Shown here in pieces: positions 56,462 through 64,000 of a DNA stretch of 64,000 bases (the first letter of the stretch is position 1; every line of letters starts with the position of its first letter). The stretch spans positions 1,197 to 65,196 of the forward strand of contig JBBQFK010000001.1 in NCBI GenBank assembly GCA_038321825.1, read 5' to 3'. The stretch comes from Cyanophyceae cyanobacterium (GTDB lineage: Bacteria > Cyanobacteriota > Cyanobacteriia > Cyanobacteriales > JAAUUE01). The translations under genes and the position numbers were made by a program. The notes beneath the pieces are model-generated. The model did not search any database. It saw only the letters and a program-made list of their open reading frames with translations, and was not told the origin of the DNA.

Positions 56462-57469
56462 CTACTGAGGGGAAATACTACTTGTTAGTAAATACTTTAG
56501 ATCTTCTAACAAAGCTGCTAGCAGGGAAGTAGAGTCTACTTGAGTAGCAATAAACGCATTGGGATTAGTTTTGGGGAAGTGACGACGATCGCGCAGAGTT
56601 TTGCCTTGAGTAAACTTGCTGACGGTTTCGATTTCGACTCTGGCTCTTTGTAACCATAGGGTTTCTGGGTAGAACAGGTAGGCGATCGTGGCAGCATCGT
56701 GCATGAGACAGCCTTCAACCCCTTTAGTTTCCCGGTGAGCGAGGTTGGTTTGAAACATAAACTGCCCCAACTGCTGGATAAATAGAGCCAATTTACTAGT
56801 AGTAGTTGCCTTGGTAATATAGGTCAGCATGGCTGGAGTCAAAACTAATTGGTTGGTGACATCCATGGGCAGGACGACAATTTGTTCATGGCTGGCGAAA
56901 ACTGTGGCGGCAGCTTGGGGATCAAAGGCAATATTAAACTCTGATTCTGGGGTGACATTGCCGGGACAATCAAAAGCTCCCCCCATAATCACGACCGACC
57001 TCGCCTGCTTGAGAATCCCCGGTTTTTTAATTTCTGCCGTTGCCAAATTCGTCAAAGGGCCGATCGCCACTAAATCAATTTCTCCCGGAAACTGGGATAG
57101 CTGCTCAATAATAATTTCATCCGCCCGGCGAGCTTGGGCAAAAATATCCTTATCTGGTTGGGTCACTTCTGGCAGACTATCTGATAAATTCCCCATGCCA
57201 TCCTGTCCATGAATGTGGGCAGCATCACGGATATTCCCGGCAATTCTAGAGGTCGATCGACCAATTTCTATCCCTGTAATATTGAGTAATTTAAGAATTT
57301 TGTGGGCAGCTCGAAAGGTTGATTCTGCTGGTACATTGCCCCCAACAGTAGTAATAGCTGTAATTTCGGCAAAGCCTTGGAGAGATAGGCTAATCAACCA
57401 GAGGAGAGCAAAAATATCATCTGCGCCGGGGTCGGTATCGAGAATAACTTTGGTGGTTTTGGAGGACAT
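56462..57469 (-). CDS. Inosine-uridine-preferring nucleoside hydrolase
   Basis: N-terminal VILDTDPGADDIFAL (DxDxxxDD). Start placed at the internal ATG (MSSKTTK). The upstream 31 codons in the ORF track are repeat DNA. Confidence 0.85.
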   Translation of the reverse strand: MSSKTTKVILDTDPGADDIFALLWLISLSLQGFAEITAITTVGGNVPAESTFRAAHKILKLLNITGIEIGRSTSRIAGNIRDAAHIHGQDGMGNLSDSLPEVTQPDKDIFAQARRADEIIIEQLSQFPGEIDLVAIGPLTNLATAEIKKPGILKQARSVVIMGGAFDCPGNVTPESEFNIAFDPQAAATVFASHEQIVVLPMDVTNQLVLTPAMLTYITKATTTSKLALFIQQLGQFMFQTNLAHRETKGVEGCLMHDAATIAYLFYPETLWLQRARVEIETVSKFTQGKTLRDRRHFPKTNPNAFIATQVDSTSLLAALLEDLKYLLTSSISPQ

Positions 57470-57472
57470 GGG

Positions 57473-57526
57473 GGTAAAGGAGGTAAAGGAGGTAAAGGAG
57501 GTAAAGGAGGTAAAGCAAGTAAAGAT
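57473..57526. repeat. 9-nt tandem repeat (GGTAAAGGA)x4 plus 2 degenerate units; contains 4 tandem AAAGGAGGT
   Basis: Read directly. Ends 4 nt upstream of the nucleoside hydrolase ATG. Confidence 0.9.
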
Positions 57527-57535
57527 AGGGTAGGG

Positions 57536-57561
57536 TAGGGGCGTAAGGCTTTGCGCCCTCA
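57536..57561. repeat. 26-bp dispersed hairpin repeat TAGGGGCGTAAGGCTTTGCGCCCTCA, copy 1
   Basis: Identical to 62366-62391. GGGCG/CGCCC stem. Confidence 0.85.
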
Positions 57562-57890
57562 AGGGTAGGGAGAGGTAAAGAAGTTGAGGGAGTTTGATTT
57601 AGGGAAGTGGCTGTTAATTACGAAGTTTAGAGTTAATAAATCATTGCCGCAGTTTAGACTTTAGGGATTTATTAAAGAATTAAGGCGATTGGAGCTAATG
57701 TATATCCTTAATAATATTACTCTGGGGACATTTAGTTTTTGTTTCCTAGTTAGTCCTATCTAGAAAATGATTGAGTTGATTAGTTTCTGAATTAGTTTTT
57801 GGGCATCTCTAGTGATTATTCGCCATGTTTGAGAAACTGGTGATCTGCTATATTGGCTAACGTAAGGAAAGTAGGGAAAGTAAAATATTC

Positions 57891-58922
57891 ATGACGGATT
57901 ATAAGGCAGCAGGGGTTGATATTGAGAAGGGTCGGGTTTTTGTAGAGCAAATCAAAAATTTGGTGGCGAGTACCCTCCGTCCAGAAGTTTTAGGGGGTTT
58001 GGGGGGGTTTAGCGGTCTGTTTGAATTGCCCACGGGTTATCAACAACCAGTGCTGGTTTCGGGAACTGATGGGGTGGGGACAAAATTAAAATTAGCCTTT
58101 GAACTCGATCGACACTCGACGGTGGGTATTGACCTTGTAGCCATGTGTGTCAATGATGTCCTGACTTGCGGGGCAGAGCCTTTATTTTTCTTGGACTATC
58201 TCGCTACAGGTAAACTCAGTGTGGAGCAGTCTACCCAAGTAGTAGCAGGAATTGCGAAGGGATGTCTGCAAGCGGGTTGTACTTTGTTGGGCGGGGAAAC
58301 GGCAGAGATGCCGGGATTTTATCAAGCTGGGGAGTATGATCTGGCGGGGTTTTGTGTGGGCATTGTGGAAAAAAGTAAAATCCTCAATGGTGCTCAAGTG
58401 CAGTTGGGAGATGTGGCGATCGCCCTGCCCAGTAGTGGGGTGCATAGTAATGGTTTTAGTTTAGTTAGAAAAATTGTGGCTGATAGTGGCTCTAGTTGGG
58501 ATGACACCCCGGAAATCCTTCAAGGAAAAACCCTCGGCTCTACGCTCCTGACCCCGACTCAAATTTATGTAAAAGTTATTCATCAAGCTCTGAAACAGGA
58601 AATGCCCATCCACGGCATGGCGCACATCACGGGCGGTGGTATTCCCGAAAACTTACCCCGGTGTCTCAGTCCCGGTCGATCGGTGGCAATTCATCCTGAT
58701 ACTTGGGAAATTCCCCCCATTTTTAGTTGGCTGGCAACTACTGGCCATGTCCGTCCCCAAGAGATGTTTAATACTTTTAATATGGGGATTGGGTTTGTGG
58801 TGATTGTCCCGGCTTCAGAATTGGATCGTAGTCTGGAGTTTTTTCAGGCTCAGGGAACCGCAGCTTGGGCGATCGGCACGGTGATTGGGGAACCCGATGG
58901 GGTAATTATGCCTTGGCTGTAG
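57891..58922 (+). CDS. purM: Phosphoribosylformylglycinamidine cyclo-ligase (AIR synthetase)
   Basis: [18 protein letters not shown] and [11 protein letters not shown]. Confidence 0.95.
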   Translation: MTDYKAAGVDIEKGRVFVEQIKNLVASTLRPEVLGGLGGFSGLFELPTGYQQPVLVSGTDGVGTKLKLAFELDRHSTVGIDLVAMCVNDVLTCGAEPLFFLDYLATGKLSVEQSTQVVAGIAKGCLQAGCTLLGGETAEMPGFYQAGEYDLAGFCVGIVEKSKILNGAQVQLGDVAIALPSSGVHSNGFSLVRKIVADSGSSWDDTPEILQGKTLGSTLLTPTQIYVKVIHQALKQEMPIHGMAHITGGGIPENLPRCLSPGRSVAIHPDTWEIPPIFSWLATTGHVRPQEMFNTFNMGIGFVVIVPASELDRSLEFFQAQGTAAWAIGTVIGEPDGVIMPWL

Positions 58923-58972
58923 CAGGGTTTGGAACATTTTTGTCTTCATTTCCATCACAACTGATAAATTAT

Positions 58973-59062
58973 AGGACTTACGCTCAGACTCAATAAGTAG
59001 GGTGGACAAGGCCCGCCTTACCCCTACCAATAGCGGAGGTCAGCTTGTTTTGCGTAAGTCCT
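58973..59062. mobile_element. MITE-like nested palindromic element
   Basis: Perfect 11-bp terminal inverted repeats AGGACTTACGC and GCGTAAGTCCT enclose about 68 bp containing a GGGTGGACAAGGCCCGCC hairpin-like core. Confidence 0.5.
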
Positions 59063-59107
59063 GAATTAATCTTAATGAACCTCAATTAATACCCTAAATA
59101 CCCTAGG

Positions 59108-59494
59108 ATGAAAATTATGTCTATGACATCCAACTTAGAAAATAGCAATCTGAGTAATTCAATTAATCTAGCGAATACTCCAGAGTGGTTAGTAGATTTA
59201 GAAGAAACGGAAATGGAAGTAGTTACTGGCGGACTTTTATTTAACGGTTGGTATCAACGTTGGTTAAATAACTTCAAATCTGGCAGATTAGACTTCTTCC
59301 GGGCGCAACGGATGGTGGGTCGTCTTTTGAATGAAGAAGCGGCAGGGAATACCCCCACGAATAATGCGATCGGCTTCAACTGGTGGAGTACCCTGTCTCC
59401 CAATGATCAATTTCAATGGAATGTAGGCGTAGTCCAAGCAATTAATGCTAATGTGCCACCAACGGTAAATTATGGCTTCCGTCCCTTCGGTTAA
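59108..59494 (+). CDS. Double-glycine-leader peptide precursor (bacteriocin-like/exported peptide)
   Basis: The leader ends in LVDLEETEMEVVTGG. It has hydrophobic residues at -4, -7, -12 and -15 and Glu at -8 relative to the GG at nt 59228-59233. The 86-aa core is Trp/Asn-rich and has no Cys. Confidence 0.5.
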   Translation: MKIMSMTSNLENSNLSNSINLANTPEWLVDLEETEMEVVTGGLLFNGWYQRWLNNFKSGRLDFFRAQRMVGRLLNEEAAGNTPTNNAIGFNWWSTLSPNDQFQWNVGVVQAINANVPPTVNYGFRPFG

Positions 59495-59550
59495 GTTTGC
59501 CTAACTAGGTTTGAATAGTTTGAGATGGAAGTTTTTAGGGGGTAGAAATA

Positions 59551-62355
59551 GTGAGAAGAGTTTTGCTTTTGCTGGCAGCTTTGGCTACTTGCTTGGTAGT
59601 TATTGTTAGCAATAGGTTGACTAGTAATGGGGAAATTTTTCCAACTTTAGTCTCTAGTTTAAGTTCTAATTTTTTATCTACCCCTGCCCAAGCTCAAACT
59701 ACAAGTCAAACCATAAATCAACCTAGAAAGCAAATCACCGCCCCAGATCAAATAGATCAAATAGATCAAATAGATCAAATAGCTGCCCCCCAACTTCTTT
59801 CTCTCTACCAACCGATTCAAAATATTGTCTGGGAAGGTCAATATCTTAGCCAAAAAGGGATTTCCTACTTCTCCAATCGGGGGGAAGCCCAGCTTACGGA
59901 TTTTGGGACAGGGGATGCTCTCAGGGAAGCGATCGCCCTCCATGCTAACGGGGAATACGATCGAGCCATTCCTACCTATCTAGCAAGTTTGGAGGAAACT
60001 AGAAATACTACCACCCGGGATCAAGCACAGGAAATCATGCTCTTGGGAAACTTGGGTTTAGCCTATGCTGCCACTGGGTTGTACTACGAAGCGATCGATT
60101 ATTTCAATCAATATTTTGCTCAAACTTGGCACAAAGCCTACTACTACCAAGGCACGGATCCAAAACTTGGTGGACTAGCCCTTGGGAATATTGGCAAGAT
60201 CTATTTAGCTGGAGATGTCTATCTGAAGGCGATCGAAACCTTAGAAAAACGGCTGACCTTATCCCAAGAAATTAGAGACCCCCTAGGAGAAGCCCAAGCC
60301 CTCGGCGATTTGGGAATGGTGTATCAAGCCATTGGAGAATATCCAAAAGCCCAAGAATTTCAAGAAAAATCCCTAGCTCTAGCCCGTACTCTCCAGAACG
60401 ATCGAGCCATTGGTCAAGCTCTGTCTAATTTGGGAATTGTCTACCACGCCCTTGCCAACTATCCCCAAGCCATCAGCTTCCAACAGCAATACCTAGATCT
60501 CCTACGGCGTAATCAGCAAAGTAATCAGGGTTCACCGACCCAAAGGAAGAGTCAACGTCTCAACGAAGTTCAAGCTCTGGGAAATCTGGGGGGAGCCTAC
60601 TATTTGCAGGGGGATGTCGATCGAGCCATTAGTCTCTACGAAGAGGGGATTAAAATTGCATTTGAAATTGCTGAAGGAAGGATGGCTGCCATTATTCGCA
60701 ACAACTTGGCTCTAGCCTACGCCCAAAAATACAATAACAAGCCCACTCCCCAAGACCAACAAAAATTACTAGAATTTTATCGGCAATTTGTTAATAACAT
60801 TCCTCCCCAATCCGGGAGTTTAGAAGGGTTAGCTAGAAACAATTTTGCTGTTGCCTACAACCGAGCCAATAATCCCGCTAGTGCTGAAAGTCAATTTATA
60901 CGGGGGATAGAATCATGGGAAAAAGTCCGCCAGAACCTAGGCAGTAACGATGGTTACAAGGTTTCATTTCTGGAAACCCAAGGGGCCATTTATAACAATT
61001 TCCAAAAATTTCTGACGGAACAAAATAAAGTCGAGCAAGCCCTAGAAATTTCGGAACGGGGCAGAGCCAGAACCTTTGTGGATCTAATCTCCCGCCGTCT
61101 GACCCCCAGAACTACCCAAGCCCCGAAGGTAGAGCCGATCGCCGTGGCGCAGATGCAGAAAATTGCTCAGGATGAAAAGGCTACTCTAATTGAGTATTCG
61201 ATTATTTATGAAGATTTTGTTGTTAATAATCAACTGCGTCCCCAAGAATCAGAGTTATTTATTTGGGTCGTGCAGCCCACGGGGAAAATTTCCCAACGCC
61301 GAGTAGACCTCAAGCCCTTGGCACAGGGAAAGCAAACTTCCTTAGCTGAATTAGTAAACCGTACCCGTGATGCCTTGGGAGTAGGGCGAGGTGGTGGCAG
61401 AAATACTTATCCCCAGTTGTTACAGGAATTACATCAGATATTAATTGACCCGATCGCCGACCTATTACCGCCGCCCTTAGCCTCCACAGAACTAGCTAAT
61501 CCTGCCATCGATCCTGCTACAAACCCAGAGCGCTTGATTATTATTCCCCATCGGAGCTTATTCCTATTACCTTTCCCCGCCCTGCAAGATGCCCAAGGAA
61601 AATATCTAATTGATAAATACGCTCTGCAAACTGCTCCTTCTATTCAGGTGTTGCAACTCACCCAACGCCAAGGAAACTCTGGACAGGAGGTTTTGATTGT
61701 GGGAAATCCTACCATGCCCCTGATTACTATTCCCGGCACTCCACCCCAACGCTTAGAAGATTTGCCGGGGGCAGAACAGGAGGCTGTGAATATTGCCCAA
61801 ATATTTAAGGTGTCAGCAATTACTGGAGATCAAGCCACGAAGGCGGCGATCGTTCGCCAGATGCCCCAAGCAAAAATTATTCACTTCGCAACTCACGGAT
61901 TACTGGATGATTTTAGTGGTGGTGGTGTACCAGGGGCGATCGTCCTTGCCAATTCCCCTGCTAATTCTCCTGCTAATGCTAATAATGCTCAAGCTGCTCC
62001 CAATGTTTCCCAACTCAATCAGGGACTGCTGACGGCGACAGATATTCTCAATCTCCGACTCACTAGTCAATTGGTGGTGCTGAGTGCCTGTGATACGGGA
62101 CGGGGGAAAATTACTGGGGATGGGGTGATCGGGTTGTCTCGATCGTTCATTGCTGCCGGAGCCGCTAGTGTCTTGGTTTCCCTGTGGGCTATTCCTGATA
62201 CCTTCACTGCCGAACTCATGGAGACTTTTTACCAGCAGTTGCAATCAAATCCTGATGAGGCCCTAGCCCTGCAACAAGCCACGATCGCCACCAAAGCCAA
62301 ACATCCCCATCCCCAAAACTGGGCAGCCTTCACTCTCATCGGCGAAAAATCTTAA
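59551..62355 (+). CDS. Signal-anchored TPR + CHAT-domain protease
   Basis: N-terminal MRRVLLLLAALATCLVVIV. Central TPR units (ALGDLGMVYQAIGEYPKAQEF and others). CHAT dyad context IIHFATHGLL and LVVLSACDTGRG. Confidence 0.85.
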   Translation: MRRVLLLLAALATCLVVIVSNRLTSNGEIFPTLVSSLSSNFLSTPAQAQTTSQTINQPRKQITAPDQIDQIDQIDQIAAPQLLSLYQPIQNIVWEGQYLSQKGISYFSNRGEAQLTDFGTGDALREAIALHANGEYDRAIPTYLASLEETRNTTTRDQAQEIMLLGNLGLAYAATGLYYEAIDYFNQYFAQTWHKAYYYQGTDPKLGGLALGNIGKIYLAGDVYLKAIETLEKRLTLSQEIRDPLGEAQALGDLGMVYQAIGEYPKAQEFQEKSLALARTLQNDRAIGQALSNLGIVYHALANYPQAISFQQQYLDLLRRNQQSNQGSPTQRKSQRLNEVQALGNLGGAYYLQGDVDRAISLYEEGIKIAFEIAEGRMAAIIRNNLALAYAQKYNNKPTPQDQQKLLEFYRQFVNNIPPQSGSLEGLARNNFAVAYNRANNPASAESQFIRGIESWEKVRQNLGSNDGYKVSFLETQGAIYNNFQKFLTEQNKVEQALEISERGRARTFVDLISRRLTPRTTQAPKVEPIAVAQMQKIAQDEKATLIEYSIIYEDFVVNNQLRPQESELFIWVVQPTGKISQRRVDLKPLAQGKQTSLAELVNRTRDALGVGRGGGRNTYPQLLQELHQILIDPIADLLPPPLASTELANPAIDPATNPERLIIIPHRSLFLLPFPALQDAQGKYLIDKYALQTAPSIQVLQLTQRQGNSGQEVLIVGNPTMPLITIPGTPPQRLEDLPGAEQEAVNIAQIFKVSAITGDQATKAAIVRQMPQAKIIHFATHGLLDDFSGGGVPGAIVLANSPANSPANANNAQAAPNVSQLNQGLLTATDILNLRLTSQLVVLSACDTGRGKITGDGVIGLSRSFIAAGAASVLVSLWAIPDTFTAELMETFYQQLQSNPDEALALQQATIATKAKHPHPQNWAAFTLIGEKS
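59746..59781. repeat. In-frame 9-nt tandem repeat (GATCAAATA)x4 (encodes DQI x4)
   Basis: Read directly inside the TPR-CHAT gene. Confidence 0.9.
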
Positions 62356-62365
62356 GAGCGGCAAG

Positions 62366-62391
62366 TAGGGGCGTAAGGCTTTGCGCCCTCA
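62366..62391. terminator. 26-bp hairpin repeat copy 2, in the 33-bp gap between convergent CHAT and lpxB genes (possible bidirectional terminator)
   Basis: Identical to 57536-57561. Lies between the stop codons at 62353-62355 and 62389-62391. Confidence 0.45.
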
Positions 62392-63558
62392 GTATAGTTT
62401 TTTATGTAATAATTGCAGGATTTCTTTCGCTGCTCGATCGCCCACCCCCGGACTCCCTAACTTTTCCCGTACCTCTTGATAGTCCTGCTGCATTTGAACC
62501 AACCGTTGGGGGTTTACCAAAAATTCCTCGGCGGCTTGCACCATATTTTCCACCGTCACCTTGGATTGCAATAATTCTGGAACAATCTCCCGCATCACCA
62601 CCAGATTCACTGGGGAAATTAAGGGGCGAGGAAACCGGAGGACATCTTTGGCGATCCAGTAGGTAAATTTATTAACTCGATAAATCACCACTTGGGGAAT
62701 ATCTAATAAAGCTAGTTCTAGATTCACTGTCCCAGACTTGGTAATTGCTAAATCTGCGGCGGCGATCACTGCCTTGGGGTTATCCTTAACTAAGGTTGCC
62801 TTGATGCCATAATCTGCGATCGCCTGTTCAATCCGATCGGCGTAGGCAGGGAGGGCAAGGGGAATCCAGAAACTAATATGGGGATAGCGGTCTTGGAGGA
62901 CTTTGGCAGCTTGGAACATCACGGGCATGAGGTATTTTAGTTCCTGATGGCGGGAGGCGGGGAAGAGGGCGATCGCCGTTTCTGCTGGACTAATCCCCAA
63001 TTCGGCTCGGGCTGCTTCTCGACTGGGAAACTGAGAAACTCGATCGACCAAGGGATGCCCTACCCAAGTTACATCTGCACCGTGGGCTTGGAAATATTTG
63101 GCTTCTTCAGGAAAGATAGCGAGGATGCGATCGCTAATCCGAATCGCCCGTTTCAAATCTTCAGGAAAAGGACACCATACCCAAAGCTGGGGTGCAATGT
63201 AATACACCACGGGGACATCGGGCAGGTGCTTATGAATATAGTTGCCAATTACCGAGTTGGGGCCCCAGTAGTCAATTAACACGATCAGATCGGGACGATG
63301 TTTCTTGAGGTATGCTTTTGCCTGACTCTGGACTTTGAGAGTGGGCAGCACAAATCGGAGAGCTTCAATGATTCCCATGGAGCCGATCGCTGTGGTATCT
63401 CCCAGGAGTTTTGCTCCCGCCGCCTGCATCCTTGCGCCCCCCAAGGCGGTGATACCTAGGTCAATCCCCAGAGCCTGTGCTTGACGGTAGAGAGCCTCAA
63501 CGAGCATCCCTCCTTGCAGGTCTCCAGAGACTTCCCCAGTGCTAATAAAAATTTGCAT
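62389..63558 (-). CDS. lpxB: Lipid-A-disaccharide synthase
   Basis: MQIFISTGEVSGDLQGG N-terminus and GT19-type layout; 389 aa. Confidence 0.88.
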   Translation of the reverse strand: MQIFISTGEVSGDLQGGMLVEALYRQAQALGIDLGITALGGARMQAAGAKLLGDTTAIGSMGIIEALRFVLPTLKVQSQAKAYLKKHRPDLIVLIDYWGPNSVIGNYIHKHLPDVPVVYYIAPQLWVWCPFPEDLKRAIRISDRILAIFPEEAKYFQAHGADVTWVGHPLVDRVSQFPSREAARAELGISPAETAIALFPASRHQELKYLMPVMFQAAKVLQDRYPHISFWIPLALPAYADRIEQAIADYGIKATLVKDNPKAVIAAADLAITKSGTVNLELALLDIPQVVIYRVNKFTYWIAKDVLRFPRPLISPVNLVVMREIVPELLQSKVTVENMVQAAEEFLVNPQRLVQMQQDYQEVREKLGSPGVGDRAAKEILQLLHKKLY

Positions 63559-63565
63559 CTCGAAC

Positions 63566-64000
63566 CTAAATAGCTACGGGCTGCAATGCCGAGGGGCTGC
63601 GATCGATCACCTGATCAATCAATCCATAATCCCTAGCTTCGGCGGCGGACATAAAGAAATCCCGCTCGGTATCGGCTTCGATGGTTTCGTAGGATTTTTT
63701 GGTATGTTTTGCCAATAGTTCGTTCAGACGTTGCTTATGGTAGAGAATTTCCCTGGCTTGAATCTCAATATCTGTGGCTTGTCCTTGCGCTCCGCCTAGG
63801 GGTTGGTGGATCATAATCCGGGAGTGGGGTAGGCTCATGCGTTTGCCTTCAGCTCCGGCACTTAAGAGAAAGGCTCCCATACTGGCGGCAAGTCCGACAC
63901 AAATGGTAGAAACATCGGGGCGGATTTGGTTCATGGTGTCAAAAATACCCATGCCTGCGGTGACGGAACCACCGGGGGAGTTGATATAGAGATAAATGTC
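63566..64000 (-). CDS. clpP: ATP-dependent Clp protease proteolytic subunit, 5' end beyond window
   Basis: The frame stays open to the window edge ([16 protein letters not shown]). Active-site [11 protein letters not shown] and IMIHQPLGG. Confidence 0.9.
   Translation of the reverse strand, partial: DIYLYINSPGGSVTAGMGIFDTMNQIRPDVSTICVGLAASMGAFLLSAGAEGKRMSLPHSRIMIHQPLGGAQGQATDIEIQAREILYHKQRLNELLAKHTKKSYETIEADTERDFFMSAAEARDYGLIDQVIDRSPSALQPVAI

Noticed and set aside
57470-57562. 31-codon N-terminal extension of the nucleoside hydrolase (MRAQSLTPLPYPIFTCFTSFTSFTSFTSFTP)
   Set aside because: It is encoded by the 26-bp hairpin repeat plus the 9-nt tandem array. The DxDxxxDD motif normally lies within about 10 residues of the N-terminus, so the internal ATG at 57469 is preferred.
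1-64000. Search for transposases, integrases, prophage genes, rRNA and tRNA across the window
   Set aside because: No translated ORF showed DDE/tyrosine-recombinase/serine-recombinase or phage structural signatures, and no rRNA-like or tRNA-like sequence was recognised. The accessory modules therefore lack an identifiable mobility gene within this window.

Overview
This is a cyanobacterial chromosomal segment. GCGATCGC (HIP1) and CGATCG recur every few hundred bp, and lineage-typical genes are present (HLIP, SmtA/SmtB, cyanoexosortase-like, DUF29, Uma2). About 55 genes are supported. Housekeeping genes: ndk, long-form thyX, dut, infB, putA, coaX, purM, lpxB, clpP (partial), a cysteine desulfurase, a class-III aminotransferase, an M50 protease and a Na+/H+ antiporter. 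Accessory modules are interleaved with them. (1) 5818-7871: a compact AT-rich m5C restriction-modification cassette with no CGATCG sites. (2) 13171-18508: a tightly packed minus-strand gene train between thyX and dut. It holds hicAB, a degenerate hicA copy, two paralogous TPR genes, an NB-ARC NTPase and a small upstream protein. The C-terminus of the small protein shares a Q/N/G-rich motif with the NB-ARC N-terminus, the pattern of a Bell-domain/amyloid-signalling NLR pair. This is my top candidate. (3) 20969-23099: a beta-class DNA methyltransferase fused to an Mrr-like nuclease domain, followed by DUF29. (4) Two signal-anchored CHAT proteases, one preceded by a double-glycine-leader peptide gene. 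(5) 25115-35160: a Wsp-like chemosensory operon with CheB and CheR whose terminal gene is a REC-histidine kinase. (6) 37231-43568: a translationally coupled P-loop ATPase plus a 1675-aa STAND NTPase/hydrophobic helix/14x WD40 giant. A metallothionein gene (smtA) missing from the ORF track was found by hand. In-frame 9-24 nt tandem repeats are expanded inside many coding regions. No tRNA, rRNA, CRISPR array, transposase or integrase was recognised. All family calls rest on motif reading by eye; no database search was run.
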